From NCBI GenBank assembly GCA_020054065.1, contig JAGVLX010000019.1:1-52509 (forward strand): a stretch of DNA of 52,509 bases, given 5' to 3'. The translations under genes and the position numbers were made by a program. Shown here in pieces: positions 1 to 9,225 of the stretch. Source of the stretch: Parachlamydiales bacterium. GTDB lineage: Bacteria > Chlamydiota > Chlamydiia > Chlamydiales > JAEYWL01. The notes beneath the pieces were generated by a model. It did not search any database and had not been told where the DNA came from. It saw only the letters and a program-made list of their open reading frames with translations. Position 1 is the first letter of the stretch. Every line of letters begins with the position of its first letter.

Positions 1-37
1 AAATCAATAGGTCTATGATCTATAGCATGCGCAGCAT

Positions 38-162
38 GCTTTGGGAGTGCGGGCGATCTATCGCCGCTTTGGATTAATTTCAAAAAACAATCAACATAAC
101 TTTTTTTGAGGATATTTCTTCCGCAAATGAAAGCGGCGATAGATCGCCCGCACTCCCAAAGC
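38..162. repeat. REP/MITE-like inverted repeat pair (GGAGTGCGG...CCGCACTCC family)
   Basis: 38-70 GCTTTGGGAGTGCGGGCGATCTATCGCCGCTTT is the exact reverse complement of 130-162 (33 bp). Each arm is itself a hairpin. Confidence 0.9.
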
Positions 163-223
163 GCACTTCATGCGCCGCGTAGAGATAAAAAAGATGACTT
201 CTGCAATTACCTCTCCCAATTCC

Positions 224-952
224 CTACCAAGTGGGAATTCTATGATTAAACACGGTTCCAAATAATCCGTGAAAGGTGAATCTGATCGCGATAATGAGGC
301 GGTATTGAGCCTCAATTTGATCTTTTTCTTGTTTTATCATCGCTTCCTTAATTTGTTGAAGGCTTGTTGGATCAACAACCTTCACATCTAATTTTCCAAA
401 CAGATTGTTATATTTAATCACGTAAAAGGTGTGGTAGAAAATAGAACCCATCCCCGTTAACCCCATTCCTAGAGAGATAAGTCTCGTTTTTAAGGAGTTG
501 TATAAGCCAGGGTGCTTCTGCGCTTCATTATATTTTGGTAACAGCGAAAGAGCTAACATCGATGCTGAGATTTGAGATTTGGTCATATTCACCCTTGTGG
601 AATCAATCAGAATGTCGAAGCTGTTGCTAGAACTTGAAAATTGATTGATGTACGCAGTATGCAGTAATCCGAAGATAAAAATATAACTCACGCGTCTGAT
701 GAGCAAGTGCAGCTGTAATTCGGTTTGTTGATGAGTTTTCGCACAATATTTAAAGCTTAAATAATGGGTTGTCGTTTTTAAAGTCGTCCATACGATCTTC
801 ATTGTGGTTTCAGTGATCCCTACAGGCATGGAGATTAAAAAGATCCCGCGTGCTTTCCAAATCGATTGATCAGGGCCCGCTTCAGCGTATTTCTTGCCTT
901 GCTCGAACAATTTAGTGGTGGGGTCTGCTAAAAAAGTAATTAAGTTATTCAT
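224..952 (-). CDS. hypothetical membrane-associated protein, paralogue of 49769-50500
   Basis: ORF with hydrophobic segments. FLISMPVGITE..KIVW matches YLIATIPVGIIE..AIW in 49769-50500. Start at 952 or 991. Confidence 0.7.
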   Translation of the reverse strand: MNNLITFLADPTTKLFEQGKKYAEAGPDQSIWKARGIFLISMPVGITETTMKIVWTTLKTTTHYLSFKYCAKTHQQTELQLHLLIRRVSYIFIFGLLHTAYINQFSSSSNSFDILIDSTRVNMTKSQISASMLALSLLPKYNEAQKHPGLYNSLKTRLISLGMGLTGMGSIFYHTFYVIKYNNLFGKLDVKVVDPTSLQQIKEAMIKQEKDQIEAQYRLIIAIRFTFHGLFGTVFNHRIPTW

Positions 953-1023
953 AAAACCATCTTGTAAAAGAATTTTAGAAAAGCATATCATTAATGATAA
1001 TAAAATAAAATTAATCTTTTTAA

Positions 1024-2007
1024 GTGATAATTATTTTTAGAATTTTATATTTATTAAGTATTGGTTCGTTTTCAATTAATTCGAATTACGACATCTGTAA
1101 CCTCGATCTCATTTATAGCAAAGAATCTGGTTACACCTATTCGTTGCCGCGGCCGATTTTAGAAAGTTTTTTATCAGGAAAAGCGTTCGATAACCCCGAA
1201 CCCTATTCCGAACACGAGTTGGCTCAAATCCGCACCGATATCAACCGTCTGTATTGGTCAATGATGGACCTCCATCCCGTTCGAGAAAAGTGGGCGGTTA
1301 TCTCAGCGGGTTCTCCAGGTAGCGGCAAGACGACGCAGCTAAAAATCTTATTAGAAGCAGAGAAGCCCCATCGTTACGCCTACGTGTGCCCGGACGATGT
1401 CAGCCTTAAAGACCTCACCGAGTATCGGCAGGAGATTGCGGAAGGCGATGGGTCGGTTCAGGCGCGCTTAAAGGCTTATAACAAATGGCGTCCGGCTTCC
1501 AATGCCTCAGCCCATATCCTCTTAGCCAACCTGATCCGCGAGCAGTATGCTTTTTATTTTGGCACGACCTGTTCGAGTCCCCAAACAGGCAGATTTTTTG
1601 AGTTCTTAATCAAACAAGGGTACCGCACGCGGGTGATCCACCTCTCTGCGAATGACGATGTGCGCTGGGAATCGATTGTGGAACGGGACAAAATTTTTGT
1701 CCAATCTACTGAGCAAGATATCCGGGATAAGGGAGTGTTAGTGCCGCAGCGGATATCAGACACCTTTCTCAAATATGCGGATGAAATCGAATTTTACTAC
1801 CGCTATGCTGTCAAAGAAGATGCGCGACTGGCAGCTAAATGGGTGCGCAATCCCATGCCCTCACCTTATTTGGGAACCCTGTTCATCCTGGATCGGGATG
1901 CTTATGATCAGCTAAAAGCTGTGCATAATGAAGCAATTGGCCGCGTCAACCAACCCGATCTCTTCTGGGAACATGCAGTTGAGAGCCGATCCCTTCTCAT
2001 TGAATAG
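1024..2007 (+). CDS. zeta-toxin-family P-loop kinase
   Basis: Walker A AGSPGSGKT, downstream xPDD motif and R-rich lid (ESIVERD). The start is uncertain and the N-terminus is hydrophobic. Confidence 0.7.
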   Translation: MIIIFRILYLLSIGSFSINSNYDICNLDLIYSKESGYTYSLPRPILESFLSGKAFDNPEPYSEHELAQIRTDINRLYWSMMDLHPVREKWAVISAGSPGSGKTTQLKILLEAEKPHRYAYVCPDDVSLKDLTEYRQEIAEGDGSVQARLKAYNKWRPASNASAHILLANLIREQYAFYFGTTCSSPQTGRFFEFLIKQGYRTRVIHLSANDDVRWESIVERDKIFVQSTEQDIRDKGVLVPQRISDTFLKYADEIEFYYRYAVKEDARLAAKWVRNPMPSPYLGTLFILDRDAYDQLKAVHNEAIGRVNQPDLFWEHAVESRSLLIE

Positions 2008-2036
2008 ATCCGTTCTTTCTTAGCACTATGAAGATT

Positions 2037-2065
2037 ATTCAACACAGATTCGCTCTGCGTTGAAT
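2037..2065. terminator. hairpin between convergent genes; related to the CTCTGCGTTGAAT repeat at 37971
   Basis: ATTCAACACAGA-ttcgc-TCTGCGTTGAAT with one imperfect pair. Confidence 0.5.
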
Positions 2066-2089
2066 TTAATCATCCTAACACAAAAGATC

Positions 2090-5000
2090 TTAATCTTCGG
2101 TGAGGTGGCGATACTGTTGCAGTACTTCCTCAGAGGCAACATCGGTGACTGCATCTCCGATTGGACTGTCGGCATAGGTCTGTTCCCAAGGGTAAATCAC
2201 ATGGGTATAGAGCATTCTTAGTAAGTCACGCTGCTCACCGCCTTCGGTGCAATTTATCCTTTTGATCGCATTTTGGATAAAGGCAACGACAAAATGATGC
2301 AATGTTACCTTTTTGAAGATTGCACCTTTTATAATCATAAATTTCATGACCCAGATCGCCTGCGCAAAATCGATCGTGTGAAGCGCTTCGAGGAGGAGTC
2401 CTCGGCTGCTATGGGAATAATAACGGGTTAACACACGCCAACAGAGCGATTCATACGTTTCCTGGATATCAAAACGGGTTTGAAGCAGCTGTCTAATCAT
2501 CCGGACATCGTCGAGCGGATGTTTTTTGGGCAACGCTTCGATGAATTCGATCAATACCATCGCTGCTTCTTCTCCGGTATAGTGGTAGTTGATCAGATCA
2601 TACCCCTCCGCATACTGGCCTAACGCGAGATGGGAGTCGAGTAAAGCTCTTACGGCGCGCGTTCGATACAAAGAAGGGATTGCCGACACAAATCTTAGAG
2701 CTGATGCAGGTGAAGCGCGGTTGACTTGATGGATGAGATAAAGCACAAGCGACAGATGGCCTTCACGGATGAGTTGCTGGACAAGGAGCAGTGCATACTC
2801 AACGGCTCCTCTATCTACTATGGAGTCAATGAGAAGCGATGCTTTTTCCAGAATTTGATGGAACGTGCCTAAAACCTGTTGAGGTCTGACCGTAAAAGCG
2901 GATTCCGATTTGGAAGGGTGTTGTTCTCTGATCATTTGCATATATTTTCTTTGGCGGGATTCATCGTGGATCATCGAAGCCACCCCGCGGGCTAGGTCTA
3001 AGGAGCAGATAGACAAGTTTTTTAGCAAAAAGAGTTCAAAGATGCGTTCCGATGTGGTTGTCGGGACAGCGATAGCTAGCCGCTCAGCAAATGCAATTAG
3101 GCTCGGCAAAAGAGTCGGATCTTTTGCGAATTGCAGCTGTTCTAAAATTTCCTCCACAAAACCCATTAATTCTGGGCTTACGGCTGGCAATTTGCAGGCC
3201 TGTTCCAAAAAGCACAGGTAAACATCCATGTAGCACAAAGAACTCTGGTTTGAAGATGGGACATATTTCAATCGATTAAAAATTACCTGGATGGCTTCTG
3301 CTGAAAACGATTCAACCGGTTTTGTTGCAGGCGGCATATGAGCAAAATAGCTAGCAAGCAAGCGCGCAAGAAGGGAAGGGTTGCGGACTGCCAGAACTAA
3401 TGACTTGGTGCAGAGTCCATGAACCAAGCATTTGTGGATCAGCGCGCGGATGACCTTTTCTTTAAAGGGCGTAGCGGATAATTGATGCAGCGCCTGTAGG
3501 ACGAGTTCAGGCTTATGTTGATACCACGCATATACGTTGTGGTTAAGCAAGCGATCCGTTTCGTGCAGCTCTGATGCCCCATCTCGAATCAGCTGTAAGC
3601 CAAATCTAACTTCATGCAAATGTTCGGCGTCAAGATTCTCGATGCATTCGGGGATTAATGCGCGTGTGCGATGTTCTAACCATCTAATTAGTTGATTGCG
3701 ATTTTCAGCCGATCTGACGCATTTAATTAAGTTGTTATAGATGAAAAGTGTCGGGACAGCCGCCTGACGCATGCGGTCCACAAATTTTAACAGGTCCTCT
3801 AAAGGATACGAAGAAAATATGTCGATGATTTCACCATACGCTTTTCGTTGCAAATCGGCGTTCTCTTTAAGCACATGGCATAGTAACGTATGGGCGTCAT
3901 GCTGCGCTTCTTCAAATGACTCGAGACAGGTGACACGGATCAATTTTAAGTATCCTGCAACTTGTTCATTGGTGTCTCTTGAAATGAAGAGAAATTGACG
4001 GTACATTTCAGATAATTCGCGGCGAAGTGTTTCAAAGGCAGATCCATCTAATCCTGCAGCATAAAGATAGCAAAAAGCAAGTTCAAGATCTCTGTATACT
4101 AAACGTTTAGCTTCATTGACTTCCGATCCCGACGCAGTGATTAATCCGATCAAGTTTTTAACATGTTGAAAACTGCAATACAGCTGCCCTTTAGCAAGCC
4201 TGATCACGACCTCAACATTCTTTTCTGTATCAAAGATAATTTCTAACGCTCTTTTCGCTTCCGTCCACCAGTTTTTAGCCAAAAGTTCCGGGACCACCAT
4301 TTCCACGGCTTCAAACTGGGTCGGCACGTGGGAGGCATCATCGATCAATTGATAGGCAGTGCGCGGCAGATGGATCCAGCAACAGAGTTTTGCCCGCATC
4401 CCCACATGGATCAGCTGGCTTAATTTATCAGGATCATTCAGGGCTTGGAATAGGACTAAAATGCCGCCTTGATGCTCTTGAATGCAGACGAGTTCATTCA
4501 AGCGATTAAGCATGTCAAGCACATGCCGTAGGTTTGCCGGACAATGATTGGAGAAGAGGCAATTTTGAACCTCTTTCATATTTTTATCTTGGCAGGCTTG
4601 ACTGAGCTCTTTTAACAGCGCATCCGCCGATTCCTTGTCATCCAAATCTTGCAGATAAAAACAATCCAGTTTAGCGAGATTGCTGGCATTTCGCACACTT
4701 TCAAGAAATAACAAACGGGTTGTCGTAAAAAATGACAGCTCGCCGGCATGCAGCTTACTTTTAAGCGAATGTCCATAAGCTCCGCTCCTAATGGCTTGGT
4801 GGAGGGAGCATAACGTCTGAAAGGTGTGTGGAAATTGGTTGACGATGATTTCGGCGGACTCAGCTTGGTGGACAACTGTAAAAATGATGTCAGGGTCCGC
4901 ATCGTATGCTTCTATTTCTTCCTCTTCTCGCACCTCCGAGGATTCAGGAATGGGAAATGTTTTTAAATAAATGGTGCGGATTAGGGTCGTAATCGCTTGG

Positions 5001-5368
5001 AACGCTTCTAATTTCGAAGCTGAAAAGACAGGATCGATCTTCCTATCCGCTTCAGGAGTTTCTGTTTCGGCTGAGTCGCTCTCTAGGTCAAGAGATGCGC
5101 GAAACGCTAACAATTTCGCTTTTAAGGTTTGAATGTTAGATTCGGCGGCGCCAGCCGACGGAGCAGCTTCTTGTTTCTGCATTTCAGCTTCAGCCAAATC
5201 GCTCACTTTTTTGATTAAGTTGTCCAAGAGTGTACGTTTATCTTTGATAAAGATAGCGCGTATATTTTTCCCGACCTGCGAGGTAAGAAAGTCGTTCAAA
5301 TGTCTGATTTGCGTATGAATGGCTAAGAGCTGCAATTCCGAACTGATGGCTACTGGCGGACTTTCCAT
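2090..5368 (-). CDS. large alpha-helical hypothetical protein (candidate secreted effector)
   Basis: ~1090-aa ORF with AGGAGGGG SD before MESPP. No recognisable catalytic motif. Confidence 0.8.
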   Translation of the reverse strand: MESPPVAISSELQLLAIHTQIRHLNDFLTSQVGKNIRAIFIKDKRTLLDNLIKKVSDLAEAEMQKQEAAPSAGAAESNIQTLKAKLLAFRASLDLESDSAETETPEADRKIDPVFSASKLEAFQAITTLIRTIYLKTFPIPESSEVREEEEIEAYDADPDIIFTVVHQAESAEIIVNQFPHTFQTLCSLHQAIRSGAYGHSLKSKLHAGELSFFTTTRLLFLESVRNASNLAKLDCFYLQDLDDKESADALLKELSQACQDKNMKEVQNCLFSNHCPANLRHVLDMLNRLNELVCIQEHQGGILVLFQALNDPDKLSQLIHVGMRAKLCCWIHLPRTAYQLIDDASHVPTQFEAVEMVVPELLAKNWWTEAKRALEIIFDTEKNVEVVIRLAKGQLYCSFQHVKNLIGLITASGSEVNEAKRLVYRDLELAFCYLYAAGLDGSAFETLRRELSEMYRQFLFISRDTNEQVAGYLKLIRVTCLESFEEAQHDAHTLLCHVLKENADLQRKAYGEIIDIFSSYPLEDLLKFVDRMRQAAVPTLFIYNNLIKCVRSAENRNQLIRWLEHRTRALIPECIENLDAEHLHEVRFGLQLIRDGASELHETDRLLNHNVYAWYQHKPELVLQALHQLSATPFKEKVIRALIHKCLVHGLCTKSLVLAVRNPSLLARLLASYFAHMPPATKPVESFSAEAIQVIFNRLKYVPSSNQSSLCYMDVYLCFLEQACKLPAVSPELMGFVEEILEQLQFAKDPTLLPSLIAFAERLAIAVPTTTSERIFELFLLKNLSICSLDLARGVASMIHDESRQRKYMQMIREQHPSKSESAFTVRPQQVLGTFHQILEKASLLIDSIVDRGAVEYALLLVQQLIREGHLSLVLYLIHQVNRASPASALRFVSAIPSLYRTRAVRALLDSHLALGQYAEGYDLINYHYTGEEAAMVLIEFIEALPKKHPLDDVRMIRQLLQTRFDIQETYESLCWRVLTRYYSHSSRGLLLEALHTIDFAQAIWVMKFMIIKGAIFKKVTLHHFVVAFIQNAIKRINCTEGGEQRDLLRMLYTHVIYPWEQTYADSPIGDAVTDVASEEVLQQYRHLTED

Positions 5369-5530
5369 AGCGCCCCTCCTCATTAGATTAAATTTGATTA
5401 TGTGTATCAGATGACTTTTCGACTACAGCGTTTCCTTAAGGGACTATCAGGTTGTTGCTTATTAATTTAGGTTTACAATCTATTCGTTTAAAATCATAAT
5501 TTATCTGATTTATTACACTTTGAGGAATTC

Positions 5531-6220
5531 ATGAAAATACACTTCGTCATTCATGCCGATTTTGAGATGCCAGGCATCATTCTGTATTGGGCGCGTGAAA
5601 ATGGATTTGAAATGACCTACACCAAAACGTTTAAGGGAGAAAAACTTCCCCAAACAGAAGCGTTCGATTGGCTGATCTTGATGGGTGGACCGCAAAGTCC
5701 GTTAGAATTGGATCTTTATCCTTATTTAGCCGATGAGATCAAGCTTGTGGAACGAGCGGTTGCAGCTGATAAAGTCGTGTTAGGGTTTTGTTTAGGCGCG
5801 CAAGTGATCGGTGAGGCACACGGGGGAAAGACCGAGCGGAGTCCAAATAAAGAAGTGGGAATTTATCCGATTACCTTAACCGAAAAAGGGAAAAAAGATC
5901 CTCTATTAAATGGACTGGAGCCCACATTTCAAGTGATGCATTGGCATAACGACATGCCCGGTTTGGGAACAGATTCCGCCATCTTAGCTTATAGCGAAGG
6001 GTGTCCGCGTCAAATCGTCAAATATGCCCCTAAAATCTATGGGTTTCAGTGTCATCCGGAACCGACCCAAAACGATATCGCGGGGATGGTTGAGCATTGC
6101 GAATCGGATTTGCATCCGGGGCGCTATGTGCAAACCAAAGAGCAGCTGTTGGGTGGAGATTTTCCGGCCATTAATCGCACAATGGTGAAAATCTTGAATA
6201 ACCTTAAGGACTTGAGATGA
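5531..6220 (+). CDS. class I glutamine amidotransferase (GuaA-like, stand-alone)
   Basis: MGGPQS, GFCLGAQ (nucleophile Cys), QCHPE (His-Glu); GAGGA SD. Confidence 0.92.
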   Translation: MKIHFVIHADFEMPGIILYWARENGFEMTYTKTFKGEKLPQTEAFDWLILMGGPQSPLELDLYPYLADEIKLVERAVAADKVVLGFCLGAQVIGEAHGGKTERSPNKEVGIYPITLTEKGKKDPLLNGLEPTFQVMHWHNDMPGLGTDSAILAYSEGCPRQIVKYAPKIYGFQCHPEPTQNDIAGMVEHCESDLHPGRYVQTKEQLLGGDFPAINRTMVKILNNLKDLR

Positions 6221-6786
6221 TTATCGGCGTTTGCGGGATTACCGGAGCGGGTAAATCAGCTCTCGTAGACCGATTGGCGGAAACATTGTCGGGAATAGCA
6301 GTTCATTGGGATGATTTTGACCCCATCTCTGAAGCGCCTGAAGATTATGTTGAGTGGGTTCGAACGAGTAAAAATTATAACGACTGGAAATATGACGGTC
6401 TAGCAGAGGTGTTAAAGAATTTAAAAGCGGGAAATGCAGTGAAGTGTCCGGCGACGCACCGGCTCCTTCAACCTGCACAGCATATTCTATTTGATGCACC
6501 GTTGGGATATCTGCATAAAGCGACCGGTCAATATATTGACTTTCTGGTCGGCTTGGATACTCCCTTGGATATTGCGTTAGCGCGTCGGATTATACGCGAT
6601 CTGAAACGGGGGTTAAGCACGCAGCAGCTCATTTCTGAATTAACTCTCTATCTTGAGCAAGCCCGCCCGTTGTTTATTATGCCGCCTGAAATGAAGCAAG
6701 GCTGCCATCTTTTATTGGACGGCAGCCTTTCAGTGGCTGAATTGGAGCACTTGGTCTTATCAGCATTAAATCAACGCGCTATTTAG
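6217..6786 (+). CDS. uridine-kinase-like P-loop nucleoside/nucleotide kinase
   Basis: GITGAGKS, HWDDF, ALARRIIRD; ATGA overlap with the upstream gene. Confidence 0.8.
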   Translation: MIIGVCGITGAGKSALVDRLAETLSGIAVHWDDFDPISEAPEDYVEWVRTSKNYNDWKYDGLAEVLKNLKAGNAVKCPATHRLLQPAQHILFDAPLGYLHKATGQYIDFLVGLDTPLDIALARRIIRDLKRGLSTQQLISELTLYLEQARPLFIMPPEMKQGCHLLLDGSLSVAELEHLVLSALNQRAI

Positions 6787-7925
6787 AATGCACTTAATTT
6801 AGCAACAATCGTAAGAGTGAACGGCCAGTGGGAGGCGCGCACACTCAAAAACTTGCATGCAATGTTGACCAACGTTAATACAATCAACGCCGGATAGATG
6901 GTCTCCAAGATCGGCCCCAGAAACCGCGCGATGCCCGCAAACTCCAAGGTCGAAATGGCAAAACCAATTCCCAACGTGGTTAGCAAGGCAACCGAATCGC
7001 TGATCCGATCGTTTGCGACCTCTTTTTTTAAGAAATCGGCAAAGAGAGAAGCAAGGACAATCGCGGTCGTCAAGCATGCAAAAACCACCGCAATGCACAG
7101 GCACGGTGCTGCAAATGGTCCTAATGCGTTCTGGGCAATCACCCCAAGCATTTCTTGGGGAGCAACGCCACCTAACAGCGGGGAGTAGATCCATCCGAGA
7201 AGCACAAGCACAAAATAGACAGCCGACAAGATGCCTGCGCCTACAACGGCAGATTGGCAAAAAATCGTCAAGCTTGACATATGTGGAGAATCAGTTTCAT
7301 CACGTTGTTTTAAGTGACCAATCACAAATTGAGAAAAGAAAAATGCGGCCAACAGGTCCATCGTTTGATACCCTTGAAAAAAGCCGTTTTTAAACGGCTC
7401 CCAGCTGCTTGCGCTGCTGGCTTCCGGCAGTGCTCCTTGGGTGAGTCCAAAGTAAGCAATCACACCAATCGAGATCAGGAGAAAAGGCGTTAAAACTGTG
7501 CCTAATAGGGAAACGATATGATTTTTATTGACCGCCAACAGATAGATGACACCGCACAATACCAGGCTTGATACAGGTAAGGAGAGGGTGGGAAACAGCT
7601 GGACCATGGCGCCGTGTGCCACCGTTAAACATCGTGCAAACACGCCAAACGGTCCCATCAGCGCCAACGCAAAGAACGAAAAGATAAAAACTCCGCGCCG
7701 TCCGAATGAGTTGAAAAATTGATAGATGTCGCCTTGATAAAGCAGCATGCCTAAGACGCCTAAAAAGGGGACCGCGACACCGGTCAGCAGAATGCCAAGG
7801 GCTGCCATTCCATAATGCCCGGCGCTCTCTTGTCCAACCGTGATCGGAAACACCAAATTCCCTGATCCAAAAAACATCGAGAAAAGGGCGAACCCGGTGC
7901 TTAACACAAGCCAATTTTTTTTCAT
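6783..7925 (-). CDS. brnQ: branched-chain amino acid transport system II carrier protein
   Basis: GFALFSMFFGSGNLVFP, GYQTMDLLAA and ACLTTA motifs. AGGAG SD precedes the ATG at 7925. Confidence 0.93.
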   Translation of the reverse strand: MKKNWLVLSTGFALFSMFFGSGNLVFPITVGQESAGHYGMAALGILLTGVAVPFLGVLGMLLYQGDIYQFFNSFGRRGVFIFSFFALALMGPFGVFARCLTVAHGAMVQLFPTLSLPVSSLVLCGVIYLLAVNKNHIVSLLGTVLTPFLLISIGVIAYFGLTQGALPEASSASSWEPFKNGFFQGYQTMDLLAAFFFSQFVIGHLKQRDETDSPHMSSLTIFCQSAVVGAGILSAVYFVLVLLGWIYSPLLGGVAPQEMLGVIAQNALGPFAAPCLCIAVVFACLTTAIVLASLFADFLKKEVANDRISDSVALLTTLGIGFAISTLEFAGIARFLGPILETIYPALIVLTLVNIACKFLSVRASHWPFTLTIVAKLSAF

Positions 7926-7938
7926 ATTGCTCCTACAC

Positions 7939-7974
7939 AAAAAAAAAGACCGCATCTCTCGCGAGATGCGGTCT
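7939..7974 (-). terminator. intrinsic terminator (attenuator) in the brnQ 5' leader
   Basis: Minus strand reads AGACCGCATCTC-GCGA-GAGATGCGGTCT: a 12-bp perfect stem with GNRA loop, followed by a U-run, just before the brnQ SD. Confidence 0.9.
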
Positions 7975-8004
7975 CACCTTAACCTAATCTATTCGCATAG
8001 CGAA

Positions 8005-8082
8005 TTACATAGGCCCGCACCTCGTTTGTGGGGGTCTAATAATCAAGCCAGCAGAAATAGAAACTAAAACTGTTTTACTCAT
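8005..8082 (-). CDS. putative BCAA-sensing leader peptide MSKTVLVSISAGLIIRPPQTRCGPM (25 aa)
   Basis: Translated by hand. 7 of codons 5-15 are V/L/I. Its 3' part GAGGTGCGG can pair with the terminator 5' arm. Confidence 0.75.
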   Translation of the reverse strand: MSKTVLVSISAGLIIRPPQTRCGPM

Positions 8083-8091
8083 AAGTAATCT

Positions 8092-8120
8092 ATTAAATCA
8101 TATCTTAGATTAATTTTCAA
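8092..8120 (-). promoter_or_regulatory. putative sigma70/66 promoter of the brnQ leader
   Basis: Minus strand TTGAAA-17nt-TTTAAT, 9 nt before the leader ATG. Confidence 0.5.
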
Positions 8121-8159
8121 GTTAATCTCTTGCCCGTGCCTGATAATGAGACAAGACCT

Positions 8160-9143
8160 CTAAATCCGCAACACCACCGAGCCTTCCACTTTGCCTTGCT
8201 TGATCGCTGCCAAGGCTTGATTTGCTTCTTCGAGTGAGAACACCTTTACGGAAACGTTTAACGGCACCTTTTTAACCATTTCAAAAAAATCGCGCCCATC
8301 TTGACGCGTCAGGTTTGCGACCGAGGAGATCGAACGTTCTTCCCACAACAGTCGATACGGAAACGAGGGAATATCGCTCATATGGATTCCAGCGCTCACA
8401 ACTCGACCGCCTTTTTTGACGGCCTTCAAGGCTTCGACATAGAGCGCTCCGACCGGAGCAAACAGCAGCGCCGCATCTAACTGTTCGGGCGGTTGTTCAT
8501 CCGAACCCCCTGCCCATGTGGCTCCTAACCGTTTGGCAAACGCTTGGGTTTGGACATCTCCCGGCCGCGTAAAGACGTAGACCCGTTTCCCTTGCGCCTT
8601 TGCAACCTGAATCAAAAGATGAGCCGACGAACCAAATCCATATAATCCGATGGTTTGGCAAGGCCCTGCAAGACGGTAGGCTCGATAGCCAATCAAGCCT
8701 GCACATAGAAGGGGAGCGGTGAGCACTGGATCTTTGTCCCCCGTCAAAGGGAGTACGAAATGCTCATCGGCCACGCAATACTCGGCGTAGCCGCCATTAC
8801 GGTGGTATCCGGTAAACACGGCCTGGTCGCACAAGTTCTCCCGGTTGGAGAGACAAAACTCGCACTGTCCGCAGCAGCCTCCCAGCCAAGGAACACCCAC
8901 AAATGTTCCAGCAGGGTATAGGGAGCCGTTGGTTCCAGATTTCACAACCTGTCCGACGACCTGATGGCCTAAAATCAAAGGCAGATGTGGATGGGGAAGT
9001 TCGCCATCCATAATATGCAGATCGGTACGGCACACTCCGCAGGCGAGGACTTTAATTAAGAGCTCTGCAGCTTGCGGTTCAGGAATGGGAAGTTCCTTTA
9101 AAACTAACGGTTTCCCTATTTCTTCTAACACCATTGCATGCAT
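8160..9143 (-). CDS. zinc-dependent alcohol dehydrogenase (AdhP-like, type-2 family)
   Basis: CGVCRTD, GHQ, CCGQCEFC..NLC and APLLCAGLIGY motifs. AAGGAG SD before MHAMVL at 9143. Confidence 0.93.
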   Translation of the reverse strand: MHAMVLEEIGKPLVLKELPIPEPQAAELLIKVLACGVCRTDLHIMDGELPHPHLPLILGHQVVGQVVKSGTNGSLYPAGTFVGVPWLGGCCGQCEFCLSNRENLCDQAVFTGYHRNGGYAEYCVADEHFVLPLTGDKDPVLTAPLLCAGLIGYRAYRLAGPCQTIGLYGFGSSAHLLIQVAKAQGKRVYVFTRPGDVQTQAFAKRLGATWAGGSDEQPPEQLDAALLFAPVGALYVEALKAVKKGGRVVSAGIHMSDIPSFPYRLLWEERSISSVANLTRQDGRDFFEMVKKVPLNVSVKVFSLEEANQALAAIKQGKVEGSVVLRI

Positions 9144-9225
9144 AACCGACTCCTTAACTTTCTTTATATCAACCGTCATGGTAAAATGGCAGCCTAAATC
9201 TAATGAACTTATAATGAATAGCTTT

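Noticed and set aside
7963-7985. T-box-like string AAGGTGAGACCGC on the minus strand of the brnQ leader
   Set aside because: The bulge would be UGAG, not UGGN, so it cannot pair with tRNA NCCA. No stem I or specifier is visible, and the leader-peptide model fits better.
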